Below are positions 18,598 through 27,907 of a stretch of DNA of 64,000 bases, one piece after another; the stretch's first letter is position 1, and the number at the start of each line of letters is the position of its first letter. Made by a program: the position numbers and the translations under genes. The notes beneath the pieces were generated by a model that did no database searches, was not told where the DNA came from, and saw only the letters and a program-made list of their open reading frames with translations. Source of the DNA: an uncultured Gammaproteobacteria bacterium (GTDB taxonomy: Bacteria > Patescibacteriota > Patescibacteriia > JAHIZJ01); NCBI GenBank assembly GCA_964594455.1, contig CAZQLY010000001.1:133989-197988 (forward strand). Reading direction: 5' to 3'.

Positions 18598-20394
18598 CTA
18601 CGAAGAAAGAATGCCGAGCCAGATCAGCAAGGCAACAATCATACCCATGAGAGATGAGCCAGCGATGCCTGAAGCACCAATCGTGTACTGGTATTCGCCG
18701 GTGAAGCGCCTGTGAATCCAGTTCATGATCAGGTAGATAAACGAGCCGAGCCAGATCGCGCTGGAGTAGAAGAAGGGGATGATCATGGCTACACCTATAC
18801 CGACTGGGCTGGGCACCCATCTACGGAAACGTGTCTGCTCCAGTGTTGTCAGGAAGACTCCGGCCAGGCTTGCCCAAAGCATGGCCAAACCAGCTTTGGC
18901 CGGCAAAGCACTCCAACCTTCAGAGAAGAACTCAGCCAGCGTCGCGAAACGGACTGCGCCTGGAGCTGGCATGATGTCGCCCCCCATCTCGTAAGTGTTG
19001 AAGACTAGCATCAGCATCGGGACAGCAGCCAACGCTCCGACAATGATACCAATAAATTGGGCCGTAACCTGTTTCCGAGGAGTTGCTCCGACCAGCCAAC
19101 CGGTCTTCAGATCCTGCATCATGTCACCTGCTTCTCCAGCACCCGCGCCGGCCACACCCGCCATGGTCAGGTTTGCCGTGACGTTGTTCGGGCTGATGCC
19201 GCCGAAAATGAGTTGGGTCATGGATGCGAATGCCGAAATCGGATTGACTTCGGTTTGTCCGATGCACCGGACAGCGATTGCGGCCATGAACATGCTGAGA
19301 ATGATAGCCAGTAGGGTCATGAACGGATTAATGCCAAAGCCAAGCCATATGACCAGGATGCAGAGAAGTGACGAGCCCAGGAGCCCCCAGAGCCAGCTAC
19401 GGAAAGATGTCTTGAGGTCGCCGCCGACTCCGATCTGGCGCATGCTTCTGAGACTCTCCATGATGATCCGGAATTTGATAAGTATCTGGGTTAAACCCGC
19501 AGAAATCATGATCATTACCCCAGGCCAGACAGTCCAAGCAACGATCGGACGGAACAGCAAACCTTGTCCAGGATCCTGGACCAAACCATTCGCGATCAAC
19601 CAGGGGCCGAGTATCGGAAAAGCGATAATCGCTCCGATCAACAGCGACCAGCCGATCCGCGGACCGATCAGGAAACCGGCGCCGATCAGAAGAGGATCCC
19701 AGGCCACACCGACAGTCAGCCGAGTGAGAGACTGAGTGGCCACACTGCCACCCATCAACCAGAGAGCCGACAGCTTGTGAAAGCCTTCCTGCAGAAGCTT
19801 GACCAACCCGGAGACAGCGACCAGTATGCCCAGCATCCAGCCATGTCCAGCCGAACCGGTTTCCTGGTTATGAAAGGTGTCCATCATATAAGCGCAGGCT
19901 GTCCCCGAAGGAAACCTGAGCTTTTCTTCAATGACCACTTGTCGTCTCAGCGGAATGGCAAAATAGATGCCAAGCAAGCTAGTACTGCCAATAAACAGCA
20001 GAATCTGACACCAGCTCATAGCTTGGCTAATTACTCCGGAAGCTGCCAAGATGACGAACGCTGGCACGACATTGACTATGTTGCCGATACTACCGGCCGC
20101 TGATCCCACCGTCTGGGTGATGTTGTTTTCCAGGATTGAGTAGCGGGCCCGGAACATACGGAATAGCACCAGGCCGAAGATTGCGGCAATAATGGAGCCT
20201 CCTTCTCCAAAGCAAGTCTTCAAGCCCATGTAAATGTTGACTGCGACCAGCAGTATTCCGATGAAAATACCGGCTAAGACTGCCTTGAGAGTAAGCTCGG
20301 GTTTGCCATACCCTTGGTACACATTATAGTACCAGTGCTCTTCATCCCAGCAATCGGGAGGAAGATGCCATGGATCAGACGGTCGAAGCGACAT
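18598..20394 (-). CDS. OPT-family oligopeptide transporter (GC-rich islet)
   Basis: About 15 TM helices; OPT-like N-terminus (YQGYGKPELTLKAVLAGIFIGILL...GLKTCFGEGGSIIAAI); AGGGGG SD. Confidence 0.7.
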   Translation of the reverse strand: MSLRPSDPWHLPPDCWDEEHWYYNVYQGYGKPELTLKAVLAGIFIGILLVAVNIYMGLKTCFGEGGSIIAAIFGLVLFRMFRARYSILENNITQTVGSAAGSIGNIVNVVPAFVILAASGVISQAMSWCQILLFIGSTSLLGIYFAIPLRRQVVIEEKLRFPSGTACAYMMDTFHNQETGSAGHGWMLGILVAVSGLVKLLQEGFHKLSALWLMGGSVATQSLTRLTVGVAWDPLLIGAGFLIGPRIGWSLLIGAIIAFPILGPWLIANGLVQDPGQGLLFRPIVAWTVWPGVMIMISAGLTQILIKFRIIMESLRSMRQIGVGGDLKTSFRSWLWGLLGSSLLCILVIWLGFGINPFMTLLAIILSMFMAAIAVRCIGQTEVNPISAFASMTQLIFGGISPNNVTANLTMAGVAGAGAGEAGDMMQDLKTGWLVGATPRKQVTAQFIGIIVGALAAVPMLMLVFNTYEMGGDIMPAPGAVRFATLAEFFSEGWSALPAKAGLAMLWASLAGVFLTTLEQTRFRRWVPSPVGIGVAMIIPFFYSSAIWLGSFIYLIMNWIHRRFTGEYQYTIGASGIAGSSLMGMIVALLIWLGILSS

Positions 20395-20562
20395 TGATAC
20401 CCCCTTTGTATTGGGAACCGACGTTACGGTAAATGACCAACAGAGTTTTCAAAGAACCTTGAAATCTTAGTTACTTTTTTTATACCTAGTCAAGAGAAAA
20501 AGGGTCTATTATTTTGTAAAATATAAATATCGATGTATCATTAAGGTATAAATACTAATCTA

Positions 20563-20988
20563 GTGATTATGAACCCAGAAAAACCCACAAATTCGGAAGA
20601 ACTTGGTGAAAAAAAACTAGAGAAATCGCCAGAAATACTGACTGAACTGTGGACTTCGTTTGACCTGGAAGAGCAAGTCTTAGCCAAAGCAATCCTGGAT
20701 GGGCGTCCGCCAGATGAAGATGCAGCTGTTATTGAGAGCGATTTGCCTCCTAATAACGCGGCAGATCTATTAGATGTAAATTTGATTGATGGAGCCTCAG
20801 TATTGAGCAGATATATAACAAGAGGCAAGGGGACAGAAGTAGTAGTTGATAAAGGCAAACCGTCAATTGTTATTGATGACACAAATTGGCGTGAGCACGG
20901 GCCGAGAGGCAAATGGCTCAGGAAATGGATCCCGATTGCCGAATCTCTGTATCAAAAAGTCGAAGCGTTTAAATCAAAGGGATTATAA
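20563..20988 (+). CDS. Hypothetical protein
   Basis: 141 aa, acidic N-terminal half; no motif recognised. Confidence 0.5.
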   Translation: MIMNPEKPTNSEELGEKKLEKSPEILTELWTSFDLEEQVLAKAILDGRPPDEDAAVIESDLPPNNAADLLDVNLIDGASVLSRYITRGKGTEVVVDKGKPSIVIDDTNWREHGPRGKWLRKWIPIAESLYQKVEAFKSKGL

Positions 20989-21010
20989 TTAGTAGTATTA
21001 AACACGAGCC

Positions 21011-21039
21011 TTGACAGAAAGAGTTGGACATGTTATCAT
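21011..21039 (+). promoter_or_regulatory. Sigma70-like promoter (TTGACA, 17 nt, TATCAT) driving a non-coding transcript
   Basis: ttgacagaaagagttggacatgttatcat; no ORF follows for about 230 nt. Confidence 0.5.
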
Positions 21040-21045
21040 GCCCTA

Positions 21046-21266
21046 TCAAGTATTAGCTGGTTCTGGCTGAGCTTCAGAAAGTCATACAGACACACATGGT
21101 AATATGGTGTTGCGAGGATTATTTAGGCAGAACCAGGCAGTATCAGTTTTTCCGTGTTGAGTTTGATAACGCTAGGATAACCTACCCAAACCATTGAGAG
21201 GTAATTCGGAATTCAGGCGTCGCTCGTCCGAAGTAAATTGGAACCCTTGAACAGAGGGTTTTTTGA
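21046..21266 (+). ncRNA. Candidate structured sRNA or cis-regulatory leader (about 220 nt) running from the promoter to an intrinsic terminator
   Basis: ORF-free interval bounded by a consensus promoter and a hairpin plus T-run; internal long-range complementarity (ctggttctggc with gccagaaccag about 60 nt apart) and several local hairpins. Class not identified. Confidence 0.4.
21242..21266 (+). terminator. Rho-independent terminator (aaccct/agggtt stem then T5)
   Basis: aacccttgaacagagggttttttg, immediately upstream of the ywbE-like gene. Confidence 0.65.
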
Positions 21267-21319
21267 TTTGATTCAAATTAGAAATTAGCTATTCCTTGTT
21301 ATTTTTTAGGATTTGGCGT

Positions 21320-21526
21320 ATGATAAGCTATATGGATGGAAACAGTAGAGATAGCATATTTCCTGGCTTACGAGTAGCTGTGGTAAAAAAAATGGATCAG
21401 GCAACCGGACAGCTGACAGAAGGAATAGTCCGGGATGTTTTAACACATTCAGCTAGCCATCCACACGGTATTAAGGTTAGGCTGGAATCTGGCGAAGTAG
21501 GTAGAGTTAAGGATATTTTGAACTAA
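21320..21526 (+). CDS. YwbE-family small protein (DUF2196)
   Basis: MDGNSRDSIFPGLRVAVVKKMDQATGQLTEGIVRDVLTHSASHPHGIKVRLESGEVGRVKDI aligns along its length with B. subtilis YwbE (HPHGIKVRL..G.VGRV). Start at 21320 or 21332. Confidence 0.7.
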   Translation: MISYMDGNSRDSIFPGLRVAVVKKMDQATGQLTEGIVRDVLTHSASHPHGIKVRLESGEVGRVKDILN

Positions 21527-21554
21527 CTTTTTAAATAACTAAATATAGAAAAAT

Positions 21555-22127
21555 ATGTTTGATAAAAAAGAGATGTTCAAGGCAGTGTGTGGTGAATGTA
21601 ATAAACCATGTGAAGTACCATTTAAGCCAACCGGAGATAAACCTGTGTTGTGCAGCGACTGCTTTGCTCAAAAAAAAGACAGATTTCATAGCCGAACCGG
21701 CGCCGGTCGTTCGGCCAGATCTAGGGATAGGCACATGCATGAAGCTATTTGTGATAAATGTGGTAAGAAATGCCAGGTACCTTTCAAGCCTACTGGAGAA
21801 AAACCAATATTCTGTAGTGATTGTTTCAGTACAGAAGATAGACGAAGCGACAGGAGAGGTGATAGACGAGGCAGAGACCGGTATGGTAGAGGCAGCACTA
21901 AGAGTAGGGATGAAGTTGGAAGCAGACAGTTGTCAGAGCAATTAAAATCAGTCAGCCTTAAGGTAGACAAGGTATTGGAATTATTGGAGAGAGAAGAGAC
22001 TGAGAAACAATCTTCTACAAAAACTATCGGTAAAAAAGCTAGTATAAAAAAAGCAGGAGCCAAAACTAAAACAGCCAAGAATTCCACAAAAAAAGCAGCA
22101 AAGAAAACACCTAAGAAAAAGAAATAA
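21555..22127 (+). CDS. Nucleic-acid-binding-type protein: two tandem C4 zinc ribbons, an RG/RD-rich linker and a lysine-rich tail
   Basis: Duplicated C..C-x4-VPFKPTG-KP--C-DCF motif; RRSDRRGDRRGRDRYGRG low-complexity region; C-terminal KKAAKKTPKKKK tail. Confidence 0.55.
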   Translation: MFDKKEMFKAVCGECNKPCEVPFKPTGDKPVLCSDCFAQKKDRFHSRTGAGRSARSRDRHMHEAICDKCGKKCQVPFKPTGEKPIFCSDCFSTEDRRSDRRGDRRGRDRYGRGSTKSRDEVGSRQLSEQLKSVSLKVDKVLELLEREETEKQSSTKTIGKKASIKKAGAKTKTAKNSTKKAAKKTPKKKK

Positions 22128-22155
22128 ATCGTTAGATAAATACTCAGATAAACCA

Positions 22156-22704
22156 ATGAATAATCGTCAAAAGCAAACCCCATTACACCCAAAGCTAAAA
22201 GCCAATTATCAGGCTGAGATAAGTTTGTCTTTTGACAAAATTAATTATTCAGATATTTCTGATAAGGCCAAGCGGGAGGGATTCAAAAGAAATAAAGATT
22301 TCCATATTACAGTAATCGGAATAATTGCTGCTAAGGCAATAAAGAGTTGTTTAACGAAACTTGATCAGACAAAACGAAAAAAAATGCTGGAAAAAATACA
22401 GGAATTGTTAAAATCGTTTAACTGGTCGTTTAAGCTTTCCCAGCGTTATCACGTCAAGAAGAATGGGAAGTTTAATGAAAAAAATGACATTATAGAAAAT
22501 CGTGAGTCATATATTCAGATATTGTACCTTCCGGCTATGGAGAGATTCTATAGCAAGTTAAATGGCTTGATGGGTCTAGAGCTGGACACACAAATTTCTC
22601 ACGTTACTCTATTTACAAAAGGTGAAAGTAAAAATCCAGACTATTATGGCATACCCATACCGTCAAAAGAAGAATTCGATAATATGGATCCACAGGAAAT
22701 CTGA
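22156..22704 (+). CDS. 2H phosphoesterase superfamily protein (LigT / cyclic phosphodiesterase-like)
   Basis: Two H-x-T-x motifs in the expected spacing (FHITVIG and SHVTLFT). Confidence 0.5.
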   Translation: MNNRQKQTPLHPKLKANYQAEISLSFDKINYSDISDKAKREGFKRNKDFHITVIGIIAAKAIKSCLTKLDQTKRKKMLEKIQELLKSFNWSFKLSQRYHVKKNGKFNEKNDIIENRESYIQILYLPAMERFYSKLNGLMGLELDTQISHVTLFTKGESKNPDYYGIPIPSKEEFDNMDPQEI

Positions 22705-22734
22705 GCTGAAAACAACTATTTCAATTATCGTACT

Positions 22735-22758
22735 GGCAGTGCTTTAGCGCTGTTTTTA
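22735..22758 (+). terminator. Rho-independent terminator after the 2H phosphoesterase gene
   Basis: ggcagtgc-ttta-gcgctg then ttttta. Confidence 0.55.
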
Positions 22759-22861
22759 TATTGACAATTAAAGGAAATAGTAATAAATTCAGGAGCTGAG
22801 GAAATGAGAGCCCATTACATAAACTTGGCTGAATACAGCCGATATCTAGGAGGTAAACACC

Positions 22862-23959
22862 ATGAAGACTATGAGTATTTTTCTGTGTCTTCTGGTGGTC
22901 GCATTCAGCGCTTCGGCTGAAACGATCCGAGTGCCGGATCAGTATGCGACCATCCAGGCGGCTGTCGAGTCCGCACAACCCGGTGACGAAGTCCAAGTGG
23001 CGGCTGGAACGTACAACGACTGCACTCATCAATCAGTCAATGAGGCGGGCGCTGAGATGATGAACTGCGTAATAATGAAGAGCGGTGTCTCGCTGATCGG
23101 CGCTGGTTCCGAGAGTACCATCATTGATGCTCAAGGACTGGGTCGGGTCATCTTGGCTGATTCTTGTGCAGCCGGAACCAGGATCGAAGGCTTCACCCTG
23201 ACTGGAGGACACCTGGAAGGGAGTAAAAACGGTGCTGGTTTGAACTGCTACTGGTCGGCGGTTGAGTGCTCTGACCTGACCTTTGTTGAGAATGGAACAG
23301 AGGGTAATGGCGGCGGAGTCTCCATCTTCATGGGTGCGAATCGAATGACTGACTGTTTCTTCAACGGTAACTATGTTTTGATCGGATACGGAGGTGCTAT
23401 CCACTGTGTCAGTTCAAGCAGCGAGTTTGAGCGGTGCCGTGTTACTGGAAGCAGCGGCTACAACGGTACAGTGGTCTGTGACCAGAGTGATGGAGCTCCG
23501 ACTTTCAAATACTGCCTCTTTGATCACAACCAGAGTCACCGCGGTGTGGTCTGGACCGGCAATGAGAGCCAAGCCAGATTCGAACACTGTACTATTTCCG
23601 ACAGCGAAGGAGAGTCATTCTATACTAATTCCGAAGGGGCATCGCTATATTGCTGCATATTGGCATTCGGTAGTAGAGTGGCAATGATCTGTGACGAGGG
23701 TACAACATTTGAGTGCTGTGATGTCTACGGACATCAGTACAATGACACGAATAAAGGCACCGACCTCGGCGGATGTTTTTCTGAAGATCCCGAGTTTGTC
23801 AGCCGGGAGTCCGGGGACTACTACCTTCAGCCCAGCTCTCCATGCCAGCCCGGCAACCACTCTGGCGGCTGCAACGACGTTGTGATCGGCGCGTTTCCGC
23901 CCGATGACACGCCTGTCCAGAGATGTTCCTGGGGCATGATCAAGGCGTCATTTCGATAA
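22862..23959 (+). CDS. Secreted right-handed beta-helix (pectin-lyase-fold) protein with a Cys-rich C-terminus (GC-rich islet)
   Basis: Signal peptide ...AFSASA; Gly/Asn/Thr-rich repeats typical of parallel beta-helix; AGGAGGT SD. Confidence 0.55.
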   Translation: MKTMSIFLCLLVVAFSASAETIRVPDQYATIQAAVESAQPGDEVQVAAGTYNDCTHQSVNEAGAEMMNCVIMKSGVSLIGAGSESTIIDAQGLGRVILADSCAAGTRIEGFTLTGGHLEGSKNGAGLNCYWSAVECSDLTFVENGTEGNGGGVSIFMGANRMTDCFFNGNYVLIGYGGAIHCVSSSSEFERCRVTGSSGYNGTVVCDQSDGAPTFKYCLFDHNQSHRGVVWTGNESQARFEHCTISDSEGESFYTNSEGASLYCCILAFGSRVAMICDEGTTFECCDVYGHQYNDTNKGTDLGGCFSEDPEFVSRESGDYYLQPSSPCQPGNHSGGCNDVVIGAFPPDDTPVQRCSWGMIKASFR

Positions 23960-23970
23960 TGAACATTCAT

Positions 23971-23996
23971 GAGGTAACTACGGTTACCTCTTTTTT
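23971..23996 (+). terminator. Rho-independent terminator
   Basis: gaggtaac-tacg-gttacctc then tttttt. Confidence 0.7.
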
Positions 23997-24035
23997 ATGC
24001 TTGAAAAAAGAGTTATTAATGATTAAACTATTATT

Positions 24036-24977
24036 ATGGATAAAGCGAAGGTTGAAATAATGCGCAAAGAGATATTGAATCGACCAGACGTTGGGTCAAT
24101 TAAAATTTTTGATACATTCAAAAATGAGTCTGGCCGCAAAGACGTTATATTGATAAAACAAAATAACCAAAAAAAGATAGTCCGAATTGGCGAAGCCAGA
24201 CCGGATTATTTTTTTTCAGATGGGTATCAAGGCGAATATCTGGTAATACCCAAAATATATGAGATTAACAAACAGGAAATCGTTTATGAAATAGAAGAGT
24301 ATCTTGAGGGGCCTACGCTTTGGAAAAAGCTTGGGCGGAGTAACAGCTTTTTTTTACCAGAAGACCTGTGGGATTTATTGTTTTCAGCCTTTTGGGAATT
24401 TCAATCAGTAGCCAAAGAATTACCCTTTGAACAAAAGATGACGATAGAAAAAGTGATAAAGCATTTTGATAAGGCAAAAGAGTTAATCCCTGATCAGAAA
24501 GAAACACTATCGTTGATTAAAAAACTGGAGTCGAAGTGGAATTCCAGCTATCCGTCCAAGTGGAAGTTTGCCTTGGACAATCTGATCTATATCAAAGATA
24601 AAAAAATCGGTTTCATAGACAATGATAATGTAGGTAGCAGGTTCCTGGGTTATGACCTGGGCTGGGTTATCTGGCCTGGTTGGGTGCATATGAGAACAAA
24701 GGACTATCGGAACAGGTTTGATCAATACATTAAATACTTGAAAAGTATTGAGAAGAGATTTGCTAGATCCTGTCCTAGTAACCTAGACTTAGATGAAAAA
24801 TTATCCGATGCTTTTTGGCTGGCAATATTTGAGCGTATTATCGGAGCATTGTATGATGTAGTTAATCAAACTAAGCATTTGGCGCCTGCTAGGATTATAA
24901 AAAACAGTGTCAAAGAAAAAGAACACACAAACTTCCTTGTGCGATTGTTAAAAGTCGTTAGTGATAGATTAGAATGA
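24036..24977 (+). CDS. Hypothetical protein, possibly phosphotransferase (APH/choline-kinase fold)-like
   Basis: IGFIDNDNVGSRFLGYDLGWVIW resembles the APH catalytic loop and D...DLG region; weak. Confidence 0.35.
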   Translation: MDKAKVEIMRKEILNRPDVGSIKIFDTFKNESGRKDVILIKQNNQKKIVRIGEARPDYFFSDGYQGEYLVIPKIYEINKQEIVYEIEEYLEGPTLWKKLGRSNSFFLPEDLWDLLFSAFWEFQSVAKELPFEQKMTIEKVIKHFDKAKELIPDQKETLSLIKKLESKWNSSYPSKWKFALDNLIYIKDKKIGFIDNDNVGSRFLGYDLGWVIWPGWVHMRTKDYRNRFDQYIKYLKSIEKRFARSCPSNLDLDEKLSDAFWLAIFERIIGALYDVVNQTKHLAPARIIKNSVKEKEHTNFLVRLLKVVSDRLE

Positions 24978-25124
24978 TCTAGCATGAAAATAAAACTTTT
25001 TAGAAAAAGGTTTATTAGTTAATATCAGATAAATATTAGATATCTTGAAAAAAAATTAAGCTGGTAGTAAGATAATCCCAGTTCATTTGTAATTCGACTA
25101 GGGTACGAAAATAAGGGAGGAGAC

Positions 25125-25889
25125 ATGAAGAGGTTGAATGTTTTGTTATGGGTGATGCTGGCGGGGTTACTACTGGTGTCGTGCGGAGGTGATTCTGTCT
25201 CGAGCTGGACCAGGGCAATGTCCCAAGAAAACGCCGGCGAACACGAGAAGGCTTTGGCCAGAGCAACCAAGCTGGTTGAAGCTCGAATTGCACACATGGA
25301 CGGCGCTCTAGCGTCGAACTTGACCACCAGCCGGTATTTTGACCCTGAACGAGCGGCTGAGGACATCCTGAAGCTGAGCCGGAAGATCCACGACAACGAC
25401 GATTTGGCCAACAGTTTGGCTGCTCGAGGATTCCTCTTCTGCGTCATCGGCGAGTACAATCTGGGCGTTGCGGACTTTGAGCAGGCAATGAAAGCTGGAG
25501 AAGAGCCGGACTTGATGATGCTGGAGCCGCTGACTTCCGGAACCCTACACTTCTGTCATGCCATGGCACTCTGGCAGAAGGGAGAAAAGTCGCAAGCTCT
25601 GTCTGAACTAGAGTCCCTGACAGAGAAGGACGAGAAGTGCCACCAGGCCTGGTTTTATCAGGGAGTGATCAGAGATGAGTTGGGACAGCGTATTGATGCG
25701 ATCGGCAATATACAGTACGCTACTTATCTGAAATCAAGTCCTGTCTACAGCAATACCTTTGATTACTTGATGGGGAAGAGGACGGGCGAAGTGCCGTATT
25801 GCTCATTCCTGATTGCCTTTTTCAGCAACCGAGAACCGCTCAACCGGCCCTATGGCTACATCTGGCCCCTAGTCCAAGATACCAAATAA
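25125..25889 (+). CDS. Lipoprotein with TPR-like repeats (GC-rich islet)
   Basis: Lipobox LLLVSCGG; GGGAGGAG SD; helical repeat composition. Confidence 0.5.
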   Translation: MKRLNVLLWVMLAGLLLVSCGGDSVSSWTRAMSQENAGEHEKALARATKLVEARIAHMDGALASNLTTSRYFDPERAAEDILKLSRKIHDNDDLANSLAARGFLFCVIGEYNLGVADFEQAMKAGEEPDLMMLEPLTSGTLHFCHAMALWQKGEKSQALSELESLTEKDEKCHQAWFYQGVIRDELGQRIDAIGNIQYATYLKSSPVYSNTFDYLMGKRTGEVPYCSFLIAFFSNREPLNRPYGYIWPLVQDTK

Positions 25890-25899
25890 ACCTTCGAAC

Positions 25900-25926
25900 A
25901 GGCGTTTCCGTAAACGCCTTTTTTAT
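25900..25926 (+). terminator. Rho-independent terminator
   Basis: aggcgttt-ccgt-aaacgcct then tttttatt. Confidence 0.7.
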
Positions 25927-26050
25927 TCTTGAAGTAGTGTAAATTAAACCTTTTGGTAAAAAGGTTTACTCCTTTCATATAAGTCAATTTTTATGTTGAA
26001 TAGATAGGGGATAAGGAGTATGATAAAAATACAAATAATTAATTGATCTC

Positions 26051-27160
26051 ATGAAAAATTTCATTACCACAACGCTAATCATTCTCTTAGTAATCGTTGG
26101 CGGGTATATTGCTTATGATAAGATTTATAATGAAAGGGAGGGAAATGCTGGGCATGAATCTAAGTCATATGATCAGCTGGGCTTCTTAATTGGACCTTCG
26201 GCAAAAGAAATGAAGGAAGCGAGAGAATTAGGCGCCGGCTGGGTTCGGCCACACCCAGGCCCTTTTGTCTGGGGTGATATGCAGAAGACCGCTGAGAGCA
26301 AGATTTCTTTTTCTGAAACAGATGATATTGTCGAAGACTCTAAGGATTATGATATACAGTTGCTGGTTACTATTTGGCCTTATGCTGGCTGGGATCAGAA
26401 AGAACGTTCTGATTATGACGATTGTCGAGTGTCTGGAAGCGAATTTGTCGATGAGTTTGGCTGGTATCGTTGCAATCCAAATAATTGGGATACATATCAA
26501 GAATGGGTTTCGGCTTTTGTCGAACGTTATGATGGAGATGGGGTCGAAGATATGCCTGGAATGCAGCAGGCAATCAAATACTGGGAGGTATTTAATGAAC
26601 CGGATTTGCAGCAGATGGCAGGAGAAAGCGGGCTACAGTTCTTTGTAGGAGATCCTGATGATTACGCGGAATTACTTAAAAAGACCAGCCAGGCCATAAG
26701 ATCAGCTGATCCAGAAGCAAAAATATTAGTAGCCGGAGCAGCTGGCGGTGATGCGGATATGCTGGAATTCTATCGAGGAGTTTTTGACGACCAGAGCGCG
26801 ATCAACAGTTTTGATATAGCTAATGTGCATTGCATTTCCAGTGGAGACGTAGAAAGTTTTAATGTCGAACCGTATAGGGAAATGCTTGATGAATTTGGAA
26901 TTGATAAACCTATCTGGGTGACCGAAGCCGAGGCATTTATAAGTTCGGATCCAGCCGTGGTGGCAACTCAAACCAAGGAAAGCTCCTTGGAAGCTTTTGA
27001 ATTAGGAGCAGAGAAGTTATTTTATACTAGTCGAGATTTTGAACACCAGCCAGGTGGTGGTATGATGAAGATGGATGAAACAGACACGATGGTTGACACT
27101 AGCCTAGATGTATCTGATCCGGGTAGTATATTTAGAGAGATATGTGAATCAAATGGTTAA
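26051..27160 (+). CDS. Membrane-anchored glycoside hydrolase, GH5 (clan GH-A)-like
   Basis: N-terminal TM; IKYWEVFNEPD matches the GH5 acid/base NEP signature; candidate nucleophile in IWVTEAE. Confidence 0.45.
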   Translation: MKNFITTTLIILLVIVGGYIAYDKIYNEREGNAGHESKSYDQLGFLIGPSAKEMKEARELGAGWVRPHPGPFVWGDMQKTAESKISFSETDDIVEDSKDYDIQLLVTIWPYAGWDQKERSDYDDCRVSGSEFVDEFGWYRCNPNNWDTYQEWVSAFVERYDGDGVEDMPGMQQAIKYWEVFNEPDLQQMAGESGLQFFVGDPDDYAELLKKTSQAIRSADPEAKILVAGAAGGDADMLEFYRGVFDDQSAINSFDIANVHCISSGDVESFNVEPYREMLDEFGIDKPIWVTEAEAFISSDPAVVATQTKESSLEAFELGAEKLFYTSRDFEHQPGGGMMKMDETDTMVDTSLDVSDPGSIFREICESNG

Positions 27161-27193
27161 AATAAAGGCAAGTTAATTATTAATTAAAATTTT

Positions 27194-27778
27194 ATGAACA
27201 AAAGTTTAATTGGCATTATCGTGGCCGTGATAATCATTGGTAGCGGTGTAGGTATTTATTTCTATATGCAAAATGATGAGGAAGCTTCCACAGACAACAC
27301 CAACACCAACGCTGTAGCTGAAACAAAGTATGAGGGAGATTCCTATTCTTTTACTCAGCCGGACGGTTGGACTCAAGGACACATCCAGAACACGTTGGTA
27401 TCGTTTCATAATACCGAGGAAACTTTTCCTGAAGGTAGCGCGGCAGCCAACATAAATTTCAAAAGTTATATGGCTTTGTCGTTTGACAGCATCAATGAAC
27501 GATCCCTATCTGAGATATATGATTTGACTGTTGCCGGTTTACAGCAAACACTTCCTTCAATTACGGTTGTTGATGTAGTTGATGAAACAATTAATGGCCT
27601 TCCAGCTAAACTTCTGACAATCCAATTTGTTCAACAGGAAGTTGATTATACGGTGCTAATAGGCATGTACATGGCAAGCCAGCGGTATTATGCCATGTCA
27701 TTTAATACTACGACTGAAAAATGGTCAGAGTACAAAGACTACTTCTTCAAACTAGCTAGAAGTTTCGAGGCGGAATAA
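27194..27778 (+). CDS. Membrane-anchored or secreted hypothetical protein
   Basis: N-terminal TM; no motif recognised. Confidence 0.5.
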   Translation: MNKSLIGIIVAVIIIGSGVGIYFYMQNDEEASTDNTNTNAVAETKYEGDSYSFTQPDGWTQGHIQNTLVSFHNTEETFPEGSAAANINFKSYMALSFDSINERSLSEIYDLTVAGLQQTLPSITVVDVVDETINGLPAKLLTIQFVQQEVDYTVLIGMYMASQRYYAMSFNTTTEKWSEYKDYFFKLARSFEAE

Positions 27779-27796
27779 ATCACAGTTATAGCTATT

Positions 27797-27831
27797 AAAA
27801 AACCCGTGTTCAGGGCAATGCGGGTTTTTTA
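27797..27831. terminator. Bidirectional hairpin terminator (A-run, hairpin, T-run)
   Basis: aaaaaacccgtgttcagggcaatgcgggtttttt. Confidence 0.55.
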
Positions 27832-27907
27832 TTGTGTCATATTCATTAAAAAGCGAAAGACCCAGCGGCTGGTGCTGGGTCACGTGTGCGAAGAGCGAGG
27901 TTGGAAG

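Noticed and set aside
17625-18600. Integron attC-like interpretation of the three repeated elements following consecutive cassettes
   Set aside because: The elements are only about 36 nt, lack the R''/L''/L'/R' box organisation and GTTRRRY core, and fold as simple hairpins with a U-run; they are ordinary intrinsic terminators.
766-20103. Numerous six-frame ORFs nested inside or antisense to larger genes (for example 766..1053, 820..1005, 2576..2827, 2754..2966, 6489..7280, 6580..6900, 13926..14417, 18712..19735, 19564..20103, 21559..21945, 21686..22192, 40008..40449)
   Set aside because: They overlap well-supported genes, lack SDs or motifs, and in the GC-rich OPT and urocanase genes are expected GC-driven shadow ORFs.
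21046-21266. TPP riboswitch-like fragments (GGCUGAGC, GGUAAUAUGG, GCGAGGA) in the candidate ncRNA
   Set aside because: The P3 halves are not complementary, the ACCC/GAACCUGA core is absent, and downstream genes are unrelated to thiamine. No match to the remembered SAM, FMN, c-di-AMP, fluoride, ZTP, ykkC, 6S, SRP, tmRNA or RNase P consensus either, so it is left unclassified.
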